NCBI RefSeq assembly: GCF_024521635.1
Contig: NW_026250408.1
Span: 1 to 64,000 of the forward strand
Reading direction: 5' to 3'
Length of the DNA stretch: 64,000 nt
From: Tricharina praecox
Lineage: Eukaryota
Of this stretch, positions 37,441-49,192 are shown piece after piece. A program made the position numbers and the translations under genes. The notes below the pieces were generated by a model, which ran no database searches, was not told the origin of the DNA, and worked only from the letters and a program-made list of their open reading frames with translations. Position 1 is the first letter of the stretch; each line of letters opens with the position of its first letter.

Positions 37441-37489
37441 CTGGGCGGAGAGCCATAGAAAGTCGTTATCGGGCTCGTGACCGGAGCAG

Positions 37490-37550
37490 TTAATTCCGCC
37501 GCGGGCTGGGCGACCTCAAAGACGGACGGGACGGACGGTTGACAGCCCTG
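37490..37550. mobile_element. Orphan hAT right end (same family as 10243-11835)
   Basis: GGACGGTTGACAGCCCTG ending 37550 is the perfect reverse complement of the 10243 left TIR; ~60 bp of subterminal similarity to 11776-11835. Confidence 0.8.
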
Positions 37551-38340
37551 CCGGCGAGGTGCCACTGCACGCCCTCCTGCTATCCCACGGATCGCATCGA
37601 GCTGGAGTTCGAAAATCGCCTCAGAAGTGGCCACTCCTCCACCCGTCCAAGTAGACTACCCACACCCTAGTCAAAGATTGCCTTGGGGGCTAATAAAGGG
37701 TTCCGATTGTATTCAGGTGGTTCTAATGATGGTTTAAGGCCAGTTTGCCTTCATGGCGTGCAAATTCGCGCGATTTTCACCGCTTGCCATGACAGGGCAT
37801 CTAGCGAGGTGGTATTGGGAATACGATAGAGTAGTTTCATGGAGCGGGAGTGGTGAAGCATGGACTTTTGGGACTCGTCTTTAGACGTAAAGAGAGAGAC
37901 AGAGAACATTGATTTATTACGCATGCGGCCGTACTAAACTATGGCGACCAGTAACTTTTGAACCTTTCTTGTCCTGCCAGCTCCGCTGGGTCGAGAGAAA
38001 GCTATACCACGGCCCATTGCTGCGCCGCTGCCTACTAATAGTGGCTCTGGTAAGTTGAAATTAGGGGTCGATAGTGAATATGACATTACCGGTTTTTTTT
38101 GGATTCTCGGTATGAAAAGGAATAGCGCACGGATTCTTTTGGTATTAGTGTACGAGCTAATACTATCTAATGTTTCTCGCCCCTCCCTCCATCTCTCCGA
38201 TCACTCCGCCACTCCCTTCACTTTCTCGGTCCAGAGCACCTGCTGGGAGGAGTCGCCACCTCATCCGAGGTACGGCGCAATGTCCAAGTCCTCCCCGATG
38301 GTGATATACTCGGTTACCTTCTTGCGAAGGTGACACGAAG

Positions 38341-38654
38341 TCTCAACCACCGGCGGACGAGGGTCTGACAGCAGCCGTGCCCGGAGATGAGGAGCCACCT
38401 GCCCGGGCGCAGCTGGTGGCCGCGGTGGTACCGGGAGCATCCAAAATCCTCTCCAGTCCACCAGGAGCGTTCAGCTCCGCGGCGATGCGTACCAGCTTGT
38501 AGGCCTCACGGCGTCGGCGCAGCTGTGGATTTGGCCGCCTGCGATGAAACTAGTAAGTAACGTCTGGTACCCGTGCGGGAAAAAGAGCCAACAACTTTTT
38601 CCTGGGCGTTTTGGCAAGGTGGGAGTAAGTGGGGGAAGGCTCCGAAATTTCCAT
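38341..38654 (-). pseudogene. Internally deleted paralog of the 57661-59308 gene
   Basis: MEISEPSPT..RPNPQLRRRREAYKLVRIAAEL.. matches the copy A N-terminus, then jumps ~1.25 kb to the copy A 3' end in a different frame. Confidence 0.5.
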
Positions 38655-39755
38655 ATCCGCGAAAGATTTGTGTTGTCGAATGTTTATCTCCTCGAAAGGG
38701 TTGATTCTTCAGATAGTTTTTCACGAGAAGGGGGATCAGATAGTTTTGTAGGGGACGTGCGGTCGTATTTGCTTCGTCGACGTTTGTGGGCTGTGAAAAT
38801 TAGGGCTACCTACTACTAGGGTTTTGTTTTCTATGTCTCGCGCAAGGTGAATGGTCTTTAGACGTACTACCAACAGATGAGACTAGCATAGCATAGTTTG
38901 CATTGCTACGTCTGCTGATCACCTATCAGGACCAATCACAGAATCTCAGCAGGCAAATGATTCTCGGTCTCATGTTTATACCATTTTACTAACGCGCTAC
39001 ACGGCAAACAGCAACCGGCTCGTCTGCGGCGCAAGCTCTGGCTATGACCATCACGAGTATGGCAACTACGTTTTTAATTCCACGAAGCTGTGCTCGAAAA
39101 CCTGCGATTCTGCTATCTTGTCCGCCTTCTACCATTTCTATACCTTACTTTGTCCGCGTCTACGTTCCCATCGGCAGTGAATCTCTCCGCTATGCACTTG
39201 GTTACGCTATCTCAGAGTCCGACGGCCAGCGGCACCATCAAGGAAATTATTCGTCTAGGTCACGACTCGTCTTTCTTCGCTCTTCCGCGGACCGTAGACT
39301 CGAACACTTCGCATATCGATGTACCACCACTGACTACAAGCGTCGGATCCATGCCGCGCTCCGAGGATGGTCAAATGAGGTATCGTCGAGGCGCACTTCT
39401 CGTATTGCTGCGTCCTCGGCGGCCCATATCTCGGCCACGACGGCTACCGGTTTTTGGTTTTGTTGAATCGTTGATTGCATGCGAGCTATCTATATCATGG
39501 CAGCGCTCACACATACACCCTCAACTGCGACGCCACTGCTCAACCCGACGTTTTTCCTAGACGAATTAGGGTATGCCATCAGATGCAAAATTATGGTTTT
39601 GACTCGAGAAGAGGGCTAGACTGAGAGCTATGGAGACGGCATCTCTCTCGTGAACAAAGGTCGCTGAAACTGCTGCCGGGTAAAAACAGACATTTAATCT
39701 GTTATGACCTACTAAGGTTGAATCCCATGAATCCCATCATAATTCAACCGAAGAG

Positions 39756-39903
39756 AAAAAAACAGCGGCGTGGGATAACCCCGTGCCGAACTGGGTTCGA
39801 ACCAAAAACCTTCACCACCCCGGTGGTTGGCTTGGAAACCCCGATAGCAGGACCGGTGTCAATGCTAACTCCACCGGGTGCGTGACCATTAGGCCACGCG
39901 GGG
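39756..39903 (-). ncRNA. tRNA-like Pol III element (probable intron-containing tRNA pseudogene or tRNA-derived RNA)
   Basis: A-box TGGCCTAATGG, B-box GGTTCGAACCC, acceptor-like pairing CCCCGCG/CACGGGG, long central hairpin and downstream T7 terminator. The cloverleaf is imperfect. Confidence 0.55.
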
Positions 39904-41139
39904 TTTTTTTCCATGCTGTAAGTTTACTACACGTGCTTATGAACACGTCCGAAATCTGTAGTGCGACTTTTTACCCCAGCGACGAAGCAGCAGCAGTGCT
40001 ACTACTTACCCACTACTCCATACCTTCATGTTAAAGATACCCAGATGGATAGGAGGATTGGTAGGAAGATGAAAGGATTGGTGGGAGGATAAAACTGTTT
40101 TGTTGCTTGCTTCTTCTTCTTCTCCGGGCTGGCACCCTTCTATCTATGCAGAATATTTCTACCATTGGGAGATAGACCCACCGGCGACACCAGACAGTAG
40201 AACGCATGTCCTCCGGATACAGTTTGCATGACCGCGGCCAAACAGCAAGAAAGATCATCTCCTTCTCCGGATACGATTCGCATGACCGAGTCCTTGACTC
40301 CTTCTGAACTGTGAACACTGCTCCTCGAAACTTCACCATCACCTTACACCGGACATGAGGAGAGTTCCCTCATGCCACTGACATTCGATAGCTCGACTCG
40401 CAAAATCATCACTCCGTTCTCTATTCGCCGTCTCCACCGTTCAACTTCGTTAAGATAAGAGAAAGGCTTGCCAGACGAAACATGGTGGCGTAATGGGCAG
40501 GGCCGCCGAATCCACTGCGGCACAGTTCGTCACCCTTGAAGATATTTCTCCTGCGCGAGTGATCTTTGATGATCTTCAGTGCACACGGTTTCCATTGTCC
40601 ATGCGGCGTACCATCTGGACGAAGTTACATGATAACAGATTACTTGAAGTAGAATAGAGAGGAGTAAGGATGTAGATACACTTCAACTTCGAGCCTACGG
40701 AGTTTCTCGTTGAGTTCTGTCAGGATATTGGACAACTGGAAGTCCGGAGATGACGAGGACCGCACAGAGAATACGAGCGCCGGAGACCACTGCGGGGGCT
40801 GACATTCCGTAGGAATCGATTCCCCGACCCTCAGGATCCTGGCGCTCGTACATAGAGTGATCTCGCTGCTCACGATACTTGCTGTGCCTAATTTATCACC
40901 TCCTCCTAGGTATCTACCACACTATTAAACAATTTCCCTTCGATAACGAACGGCTCCCGAGAAAACATGTTAATGAGCAAGCCTGAAAACCGCAAGAAAC
41001 GACGATGCACTATTTTCCATTCAGATCTGACCGTAACTACTTGAAATCTTGATGGCTAAAGCAGCTGAGCATCATGGCACCGCAGGCTTCTCAGTATGAC
41101 CCAATCTTCCATGGCACCATAACACGCAAAGCCCCAGGA

Positions 41140-42490
41140 TTACGCCTTGTCGACGGGATCGCTTGAACGCATCACCTTTTTTGAAAACGCCTTTCTCATA
41201 CGCGGCTTCGTGGCTTCGCCGGCCTCAGCCTTCTGTGCCTCAGCAGCAGTTCTGGTAGCCTGTTCAATTTTAGTCAGTGACACTTCCCTACTGTCACCTG
41301 GCGAGATTCTAACTCACCTGTCGAGCCTCTCTAGTCGCTTTGGCCTCTCTAGCCTCTCGTGCCTTCCTCATTTTCCTCGCCAGGGCACACTCGCTCGGGC
41401 TGGGCTCGGCACTATCGGCACCTCTGGATGGGAGGCGCCTGGGGTTCATGCGGATACGGGGCGACTTGGGCGAAGGCAGACCGTCATTCTTGGCGCGGGC
41501 AGATCGGGCACAGTGATGCTGGCCATCGCTGGTAGAGGGTCCGGTACTCGGTTCGGGATCACTTCCGTTGCTTCTGTTGGCTAGGGTACGAGCGCTCAAA
41601 GAAGCATTGTCGAAGCGGTTCTTGCGGTCCTCCTCATCCTCGTCCGACGAGGAAAGGTGGTCGCTGACATCGTTGAGGTTGAAAAAGTGAATGTCATCCG
41701 GCGGCGCGAAGAAGTTCTCGGTACCCGGGACAGCAAGCATGGTGAAGGGCGTGTGACCCGCGTGCATGTGATGGGCGTGTTCGTGTTCGTCTTCGAAAAT
41801 CGGCTGAGGGAAGGGAACCGGGGTGAAGGTCATCATGTACACGCTCAGAAATCCGAGGAAAATGGAACGGCAGATTGCTCCAAGGGCATCGAGCGCCTTC
41901 TTTCCGTACATACCGAGTCTGGTGTTGTGGAACAGCGCGCCGATAATCGACGTCTCCACGCCGAGTTGCGGATATCCGGTCAGCGCACGCACAGGGGCGA
42001 GGTGCGTCCTGCAGTAGGGGTTGTCGAGCCAGTTGTTGAGGTAGAATGACAGCTCGTACAGAGCAAGAAGCAAAAGGATAACGAGGACATTAGTGACGGT
42101 CCAGTTCCTGGAGCCCATAGTGAGAGCCAGCTGGGAGCGACTCTCACTGACGCGGTGAATCAAGCGGTCGCGGGCTTCCGGCCAATTCACGTCCTGCAGG
42201 TCGAACCCGATAGCTGTGAGAACGGTGACGAGCTTCCTGCCAACACCGCCGGCAACTCTCTGTCCATCAAAGGTAAACCAGGCTACGAACATGTGCCAGC
42301 CATAGCTCAACATCCCGCAGAATGATTCCCAGCCGTAGCGAAGCCCACTGAACCAGAACTTAGAGATGTATTCGACCATACCTGTCAAGCAATCCAGGAC
42401 GCTCAGATTCTCTCCAGGCCAGCGGAGGCTCGCAAACCAGGATAGAACGTAAACGTAAGTCACAATCAGGGAGTCGAGATAAGTGGTCAT
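41140..42490 (-). CDS. Hypothetical multi-pass membrane protein with His-rich/acidic segment and basic tail
   Basis: 393-aa ORF plus intron 41260..41317 (GTGAGT..CTGAC..CAG) and a last exon ending 41140. Several hydrophobic segments; EHEHAHHMHAGH motif. Confidence 0.75.
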
Positions 42491-42705
42491 TCGAGTAGTC
42501 GTCGCAGAGGTGTTGCAAGGGGTTGAAGGGGTGTTGTTTGTGGGATTGTAGTAGCTTCTAGGAGGAGGTGCGATCGTGGAAGAAAGTCCTTCTACGGTTC
42601 GTCACGGGAACTGCTTGCTCAATTTGGTCCGTGAGCGACTTGGTCCGTGCTCATCCCCGCTAACTCGAAATCGCACATTGCACGTGATTTCCGGTTCATC
42701 ATGTA

Positions 42706-42787
42706 CTCGGGTGTAAGGGGAATTGGTGCACCCCATTGAGCGCCATTTGTTAGTGGTGTTGGTGCACGACTCTCCCTCACACCCGAG
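42706..42787. mobile_element. 82-bp TA-flanked MITE-like hairpin
   Basis: CTCGGGTGTAAGGGGAATTGGTGCACC ... GGTGCACGACTCTCCCTCACACCCGAG imperfect inverted arms; TA at 42704-42705 and 42788-42789. Confidence 0.65.
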
Positions 42788-42882
42788 TACTCACCTGTTA
42801 GGTATTTACCAATGATTTCTAACAGCGTCACTTGCACCGCGCCGGCCACCTCCCCACTTCGAACTCAGGCCTCGAAGCAGCA

Positions 42883-43962
42883 ATGGAGCCGCCACCACCA
42901 GCAGTCACGCTGCAAAGCTACTACCTCACCACTCTGCTGACAGTGGTCATGGTGCCTATAACGCCAACTCCAATCTCAAGTGCACCTCTCACTCACGCTC
43001 CATCCGCCGACGTCGATTCCCTACAGGCTACGGTCGTGGGAGCAGCTTACATCGGACATCCGATTCCTACTCCTTCCTCGTCTTTCATCTGGACGTCTAC
43101 ATCGGCAAATGCAACCTCGTCCCTGGGAGTCACTTGGGCAGCAACCTCGTCCATGGCTATGGACATATCCGTGGCAACACCAAGTCCAACCCCGCCCTCG
43201 CGGTCCTCTAGCAACAGTCCGCAGCTTTCGATGCCGCTCGTCGCTGTCATCCCTCTCATCGTCATCGGAAGCATCTACCTAACGTTCATCCTGCTCGCCT
43301 CACGCTGTATCCGCGAGTCTTTTCACAAAGTGCGGACAGCGGCAACGGTCCGGAAAACAATCCACGAGTCGTCGGCGTCCACACTGGCCCTGCCCATCGC
43401 TGAGGAGTACGCCTCCTACCGCAAGAGGGAGAGAGAGAGGTGCAGGATGCAGTTTGAGGGTGTTTGGGGAACGCCCTGGATTGCTACGGCGCCAGGTGGG
43501 TTTGTCTCTGAATTTACTGGTTATGGGCGAGACTGATGATGATCTGTAGAGCCCGGAGAAGGTATCGAAATGCAGGATGATCCAAGCGTCGCTACCATAA
43601 CTACGGTTTCCCACCGTCGCCAACAATCCATCTCCTCCCCACCAGCCAGTCCTACGGTCTCTAGGTTTGCCCGTACCCCTGACCGGCGTGGAGTAAAGAA
43701 TCGAATACCGAAGCCCAGCAGTCGTGCTAACGGAGCCGATACACCGGATCTTTCCGACGACCCATCCTCAGCATCCCAAGCATCGCCGAAGGAACCGAAA
43801 GAAGCTACGGTGGTGGATGTGAAGGGGAAAGGTGTCCTGACCCCCGGAATCTCCGACTCGGATAACCCGACGGGTCTTGCGGGTTCCAATCCCGGAGACG
43901 TCCTCGACGGTGGTAGTTGCGATCCAGCTTGCACGCTGCTGAAGCTTGTGAGCAGAATGTAA
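42883..43962 (+). CDS. Single-pass membrane protein with Ser/Thr-rich ectodomain
   Basis: S/T/P-rich N-terminus, TM segment LVAVIPLIVIGSIYLTFILLA followed by basic residues; intron GTGGGT..CTGAT..TAG joins it to ORF 43570..43962. Confidence 0.7.
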
Positions 43963-44832
43963 CTGCAAAGGCATTGGCGCTCTGCCTTACTCCAGAAGTA
44001 AATATTGACATCACTGGATATCTGTAGCACTTTCACTGCTGCTGGAGGAGGGAAGTTCAACGCGTTCTCCTGTCATGAACATATAGTTTTTCTGTTTTCT
44101 CCCCTCATACACGGTTGTTATTTGCCTGATACTGGCTGTGCTTACTACTTGCTGACTTTGACGTTCGAACAAATGTTACACTGAGAGTTGTTAACCGTTG
44201 AAGCTGTTTATATTAGAGGAGCAGATTTGTTGCCAGGTGAATGGCTTTGTTTCTCTCTGTACTCATTGATTGCATACGGCCTATCTAGATAGATAGATCG
44301 GGATGGTAATATAAGTGTCAGCAGATGGAATCATCAGAGATGTCGTCGAGCGCGGAGACACCGAGTGATTTTTGCATGACGTCATCGCGAATCGAGGTGA
44401 TATCTGGCAGCGAGTGACTTGATATGATGGCGGTACGGAGGAAGAGGACATACTGCTCCATTTCTCAGCTACGTATATACATCCCTCCATTACCTGCTCC
44501 CTCTGTATCCTCGGTGGCACGCATTTCACCACGGAGTATGTGATAATATGTTCACGTGATTGCACAGAGACACTGAAACCATCCAGGGAATCAAACAATC
44601 AAACAATTAACCTGTTAAACAGAACTTAGATACAGCGTAGGAGCCCCTCTCTCTGGTTCCTCCGCGCACCCTCATGCCCACGTCAACAGAAGATTCAACC
44701 GAAAGAAAAGTAAATTCGCACTCGCATCCCTCCCCCCTGCCTCCCTCCCTCTCTCCCTCCCCCCCGTCGTCCCGTAAGCACAGCTCAAATCAACAACCCC
44801 TTAACAGCCTGCGCAGTAGCCAGGTGTTCCTA

Positions 44833-44955
44833 TCACTTTTTGTACGGACACAGCTTCTTGCAGTCGGGGTTGCTGCACGTGGCTGTGTCCATCATGTTGC
44901 GGAGCTGTCCGCAGAAGGAGCAGCGCCAGGTGTAGACTTTGCCGAGGCGCGTCAT
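44833..44955 (-). CDS. 40-aa zinc-ribbon microprotein (RanBP2-type-like)
   Basis: MTRLGKVYTWRCSFCGQLRNMMDTATCSNPDCKKLCPYKK*. Strongly C/G-ending codons and a CA-rich leader (CCACA/ACAAC); below the ORF-track cutoff. Confidence 0.65.
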   Translation of the reverse strand: MTRLGKVYTWRCSFCGQLRNMMDTATCSNPDCKKLCPYKK

Positions 44956-45949
44956 TGGGGGATGGTCGTTGAGTAGACTGCGGAAGTTGATGTGTTGTAG
45001 TGGATAGTCGTGGGTTGTCGTGGGTTGTCGTGGGTTGCCGAGGACTGTGGAGTTATTGCGATGTGGAAACTTGTCTGTGGTGCTTGATTTGGAGGTGATG
45101 TTTGTAGGATATGTTGATGAGATGAACCGGAAAAGTGTCCAGTGATCACGCCTTACATCTAAATTTCCGCGAAGCTATGTTACGAATTGAAAAGCAGAGC
45201 ACGATCGCCCATCTTCAATCTTCTGCGGTTCCATCCGTGGTCTATGGAAACTTGGCATACTGGCACTCGAAAATGAGAGATGGTTGTTTTCGAAGTCTTC
45301 TGTTGGGGCTTCATGTCGAAATGGCGAGTGAGCACTGAGAAACACCTAGCCCCTGGCTGCACGGTTGAGAACGGCCACAGTCATAATCAGCATAGTCGAT
45401 GATAGCTGACGCGCCTAGGTTCTTCCCCGGACCTCTCCCAATTCCTAGGACCATGGGGCCAAATACGGTGTGTACCGAGTGACATCTCGCGTTCGCCGCT
45501 GTGTCGCAATCATGATATGTGTACACTCTTCTTCGCGTATGGGCCCTACTCACATCCTTGAGCGGTTAGGCCATGCGTTTCGCATTCACAGAAACGTATA
45601 TCGCGTGACCTTGAAAGCCGTACATAACCGCAGCCCATTACCGTCCCATAGAACGCATATCACCGACCTACGACGTGAAAGCATACCAACAATAAAACAA
45701 ATGCATCCTCTCCCGCGCCGCGTCCTGGCAGACAGGCCACACGCACACAACACGATGGCACAACACTCACGCGCTCGATCACAATCTATACCGCCGCCGG
45801 CACCCCAGCACGGTCCGTTGACACTTAAGGCGGACTCCACGTCCAGCATCCATCTCGAGACCTCTGTCTCAACCCGATCTCGCGGACCCCTCGCCAGCCA
45901 AGTCGATAGCAACGACCTCCCCGCCTCCCGCCGCCTCTCGCACCAGAAC

Positions 45950-46921
45950 ATGGCCATACACACGCAGCTGGCCGGTCGCCTCTCAGGCATCGTAAGAACG
46001 TGGGTCTTGACGGGTTATATCGTCAGGATATCATCGCCGCCGACGTACTACCTACCGAGGACGGGCGGCGGCCGGGGCCCATTCGTCGTCCCGGTTGCTG
46101 CGCCCGTTCCAGGCGGTCGAGACACTGGCGCCGTGCACGAACCGACGACGGACCAGCACCTCCTCGACCGCTTCGCCGAATCACTCCGTTATTCCAGCTC
46201 CCGATCCGTACCCTCACTCCGCCCCACCCCCACCCCAGTCCCCCTCCCTCTCCCCGCAGCCCACCCCCCGCCACTAGCACACCTCCCGCCCCGCCTACCA
46301 CTCCGCCACACCCGCCGCAGTTTCCTCCCCATCCCCATCCCACTCTCCCATCCCCCCGCAGCCCGCCCACCCCCCTCAGTCACCTTTCCCCTCACCCCCC
46401 TCACCCCCCTTCCCCCGATCCCGCCGACCCCCTCCCCCCCGCACAGTCCCACCAGCCCCACCGCCTTCACCCCAGGTACACCCATCCTTTCCCGTTACCC
46501 GCGCCCAAAATCATTCCACACATCGACGCGCGTCTCTCGCCGCCACCCAGTTCTGAGCATGTCACCGAACGAGCTCGAGTTCCACCCCGACGTCCTTCGC
46601 GCACGGCGGCTGCTCGCCGCGGGGGTGCCGAGGCTTCCGGATTTCAAGCTGCCGGAGTTTGGGCAACAGGGGTGGAAGTTGATGCCACAAGGAACGTGGG
46701 AGGAGACGGTGAGGGCGTGGTTGTGGAGCCTTCTTGATGGGGGGGAGGGTGGGGTGGGTGGGGCGGGCGAGGGCGTGTCGTGGGCGGATATGGTCGCCGC
46801 CAGGGCGAAGGCGCCGATGGAGGTGCGCTGGAGGTTCGATGAGCGCGTGGAGTTTTGTAGGAGGTTCTTTGGAGGGACGTTTGTCAGGAGGTTGTTTCTG
46901 CCGGTGAGGAGGGGGGAGTAG
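45950..46921 (+). CDS. Pro-rich hypothetical protein with conserved C-terminal domain, tandem copy 1
   Basis: Open frame ending LEFHPDVLRARRLLAAG..QGTWEETVRAWLWSLLDGG..RWRFDERVEF..FVRRLFLP; start uncertain. Confidence 0.6.
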   Translation: MAIHTQLAGRLSGIVRTWVLTGYIVRISSPPTYYLPRTGGGRGPFVVPVAAPVPGGRDTGAVHEPTTDQHLLDRFAESLRYSSSRSVPSLRPTPTPVPLPLPAAHPPPLAHLPPRLPLRHTRRSFLPIPIPLSHPPAARPPPSVTFPLTPLTPLPPIPPTPSPPHSPTSPTAFTPGTPILSRYPRPKSFHTSTRVSRRHPVLSMSPNELEFHPDVLRARRLLAAGVPRLPDFKLPEFGQQGWKLMPQGTWEETVRAWLWSLLDGGEGGVGGAGEGVSWADMVAARAKAPMEVRWRFDERVEFCRRFFGGTFVRRLFLPVRRGE

Positions 46922-47149
46922 CTGCTGCGGGTTCGCAGAGATAGGGTAGTTCGCATTGGATATCACTCGGTTATCATGTTTTTCTTTGAATGTGTCCTAT
47001 TGTTTTACTGAAACGTCAGCGAATACGTCTGGATTGCGGTCGTAGCATGTCATCCTTAGATTGTTCCAGATGATCCATATACAACAATTCTGTTCCTATT
47101 TGGCCTCATCGACTCGGACAATCAAACCGTCGGTGCTAACGCCCGCTTC

Positions 47150-48065
47150 TGATACATCGTCAGGACGTCATCGCCGCCGACGTACTACCTCCCGAGGGCG
47201 GGCGGAGGCCGCGGACCTTATGTCGTCCCGGCTGCGGCACCCGTTCCGGCCGCGGACACCCGACTCTAGTGGAGTGCACGAGCCCACGGCGGACCCGCAA
47301 CTCCCCGACCGCTTCGCCGAATCACTCCGAGATTCCAGCTCCCAATCCGCGCCCTCCCGCCACCCCACCCCCACCCCCAGTACCCGCATCCCGCTCCCCT
47401 TACGGCACTCACCGCCACTGCCCTACCTCCCTCCCCGCCGCCTTCCACCCCCCACACCCGCCGCAGTCTTCTTCCCATCACAATCTTCCGTGCCCCTCCA
47501 CCGATCACCGGAACACCGCCCCCCATCTCCCCGCATCTTACGCCCGCCGCCTCCACCCCCACCCCCAATAACACCGCCTCCACCAACACCCCCACCCCCA
47601 CCTCCTCCACCCCCACCACCACCACCACCCCCCTCAACTTCCCCCACCCGCGCCCAAAATCATTCCACACACCCACGCGTACCTCAGGCACCCTCCCCGT
47701 GCTATCCGTGTCACCGAACAAACTAGAGTTCCATCCAGACGTGCTGCGCGCGCGGCGATTGCTCGCCGCGGGGGTGGGGAAGCTGCCAGCTTTTAGCCTG
47801 TCAGAGTTTAGGTGGCAGGCAGTTCCGCAAGGGACGTGGGAGCAGACTGTTAGGGAGTGGTTGTGGAGCCTGCTTGACGGGGGGGATGGTGGGGTGGGTG
47901 GGGTGGCTGACGGGGAGGGCGTGACGTGGGCGGATATGTTTGCTGCCAGGGCTAAGGCGCCGATGGAGGTGCGCTGGAGGTTCGATGAGAGGGTGGAGTG
48001 TCGTAGGAGGTTTTTTGGCGGGGCGTTTGTGAGGAGGTTGTTTCTGCCGGTGGGAGGGGGGAGTA
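47150..48065 (+). pseudogene. Tandem copy 2 of the Pro-rich gene (frameshifted in poly-C tracts)
   Basis: The C-terminal domain (ORF 47699) is highly similar to copy 1, but the N-terminal part is in another frame. Could be homopolymer assembly error. Confidence 0.55.
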
Positions 48066-48390
48066 GCGTGGGATGTGGATTCGTACAAACGGAGGTGGGT
48101 GCGCGGTGGATCACTCGGCAGTTTTGTTTTTCTTTGATGTTTCCACGTTGTTTGACCGAAGTTTCAGCGAAGACGTCTTGATTGCAATGATGATACTGGC
48201 CTTCTGTAGGTCTTTCGAGATGCTCCCTATGTTCTGTTCCTGTTTGTCCCCCTTCCGCGCGGACAATCAAATCGTCTGTGTCACACCTGTTTCAAACACT
48301 ACGAGAATAAAGAGAACACTTACATATAATGCCCCCTCCACCGTGCCATCTCCGGTTCCCACCTCGAGCCCCCATAGACCGAAAATTACA

Positions 48391-49192
48391 ATGTCCTCCG
48401 ACCGCCAGCACCCCAGCACAGCCATCGACAGCCCGAAGCGCTCCCGCCTCCTCATCCGTAGCCTCCTCCTCCTTTCCACCCTCCTGCTTGCCAGCCTAAT
48501 CATCAAGCCCATCACCGCCAGCCCTTCCCCCTCCCCCTCATCCGACCCCTCCCCTTCCCCCTCCCCCTCCCCCTCTCCCTCCTCTGACCAGCTATGCCAA
48601 CACGCCGACCTCGCCACCCTCGGCGTACGCTGCCAGTACTGGTCTCAGCCGCTGCCGATAAAACATCTAGTGGACGCAGCGACGGCATGGTGCGCTACGG
48701 CGGGCGAGGACGGGCCGATACCGCACCTGCAGGTTGTTGGGAGTGAGAGGCCGAGGCCGAGGCCGGTGTGGGGGGTGGGGGAGGTGGATGTGGATGTGGA
48801 TGTGGATGGGGATGTGGTGGATGGGGTGGACGGGGTGACTGGGGTGACTGGGGTGGCCGGGGCCGGGGTGACTGGCGTCCCCGATGATGAGGATTTGCAC
48901 GGAGTTGGGGATAGTCGTATTGGACGTAAGCCCCTGCCCCCCCCCCCCCCCCCCCCCGCCCCCCCCCCTTCTGCTGTGGCTGACAGTGCGTGTGCGTGAA
49001 GTCAAGGCTCAAAACATGAACGCCACCTCCGGCTGGGATTTCACTCCGGAGGCGTGTAACCTGCTGACGCAGAGTATTGTGCTGCAGTGCGCAAAGAACT
49101 GGCCCGGGTTGGGGGTCAGTGTTGGCGGCTGGTATCGCACGAAAGAGGGGCTGGTCGAGGTTTGGGGGATGATTACACCCGTGGAGGGGTAG
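48391..49192 (+). CDS. Small secreted or anchored Cys-containing protein (effector-like)
   Basis: Hydrophobic LLIRSLLLLSTLLLASLII, SP repeats and 5 Cys. Intron 48926..49001 (GTAAGC..CTGAC..AAG) joins it to ..ACNLLTQSIVLQCAKNWPGLGVSVGGWY. Confidence 0.65.

Larger units (their letters stand above)
37720..40015 (-). repeat. Inverted segmental duplication, copy B (internally deleted)
   Basis: Reverse complement aligns by eye to ~55930-59755; 38121-38420 is nearly identical to 59150-59448. Confidence 0.85.

Noticed and set aside
39756..39903. tRNA-Sec or a canonical functional tRNA
   Set aside because: No TCA anticodon, mismatched D- and T-stems, extra bases before the acceptor strand, and the two copies disagree in the loop.
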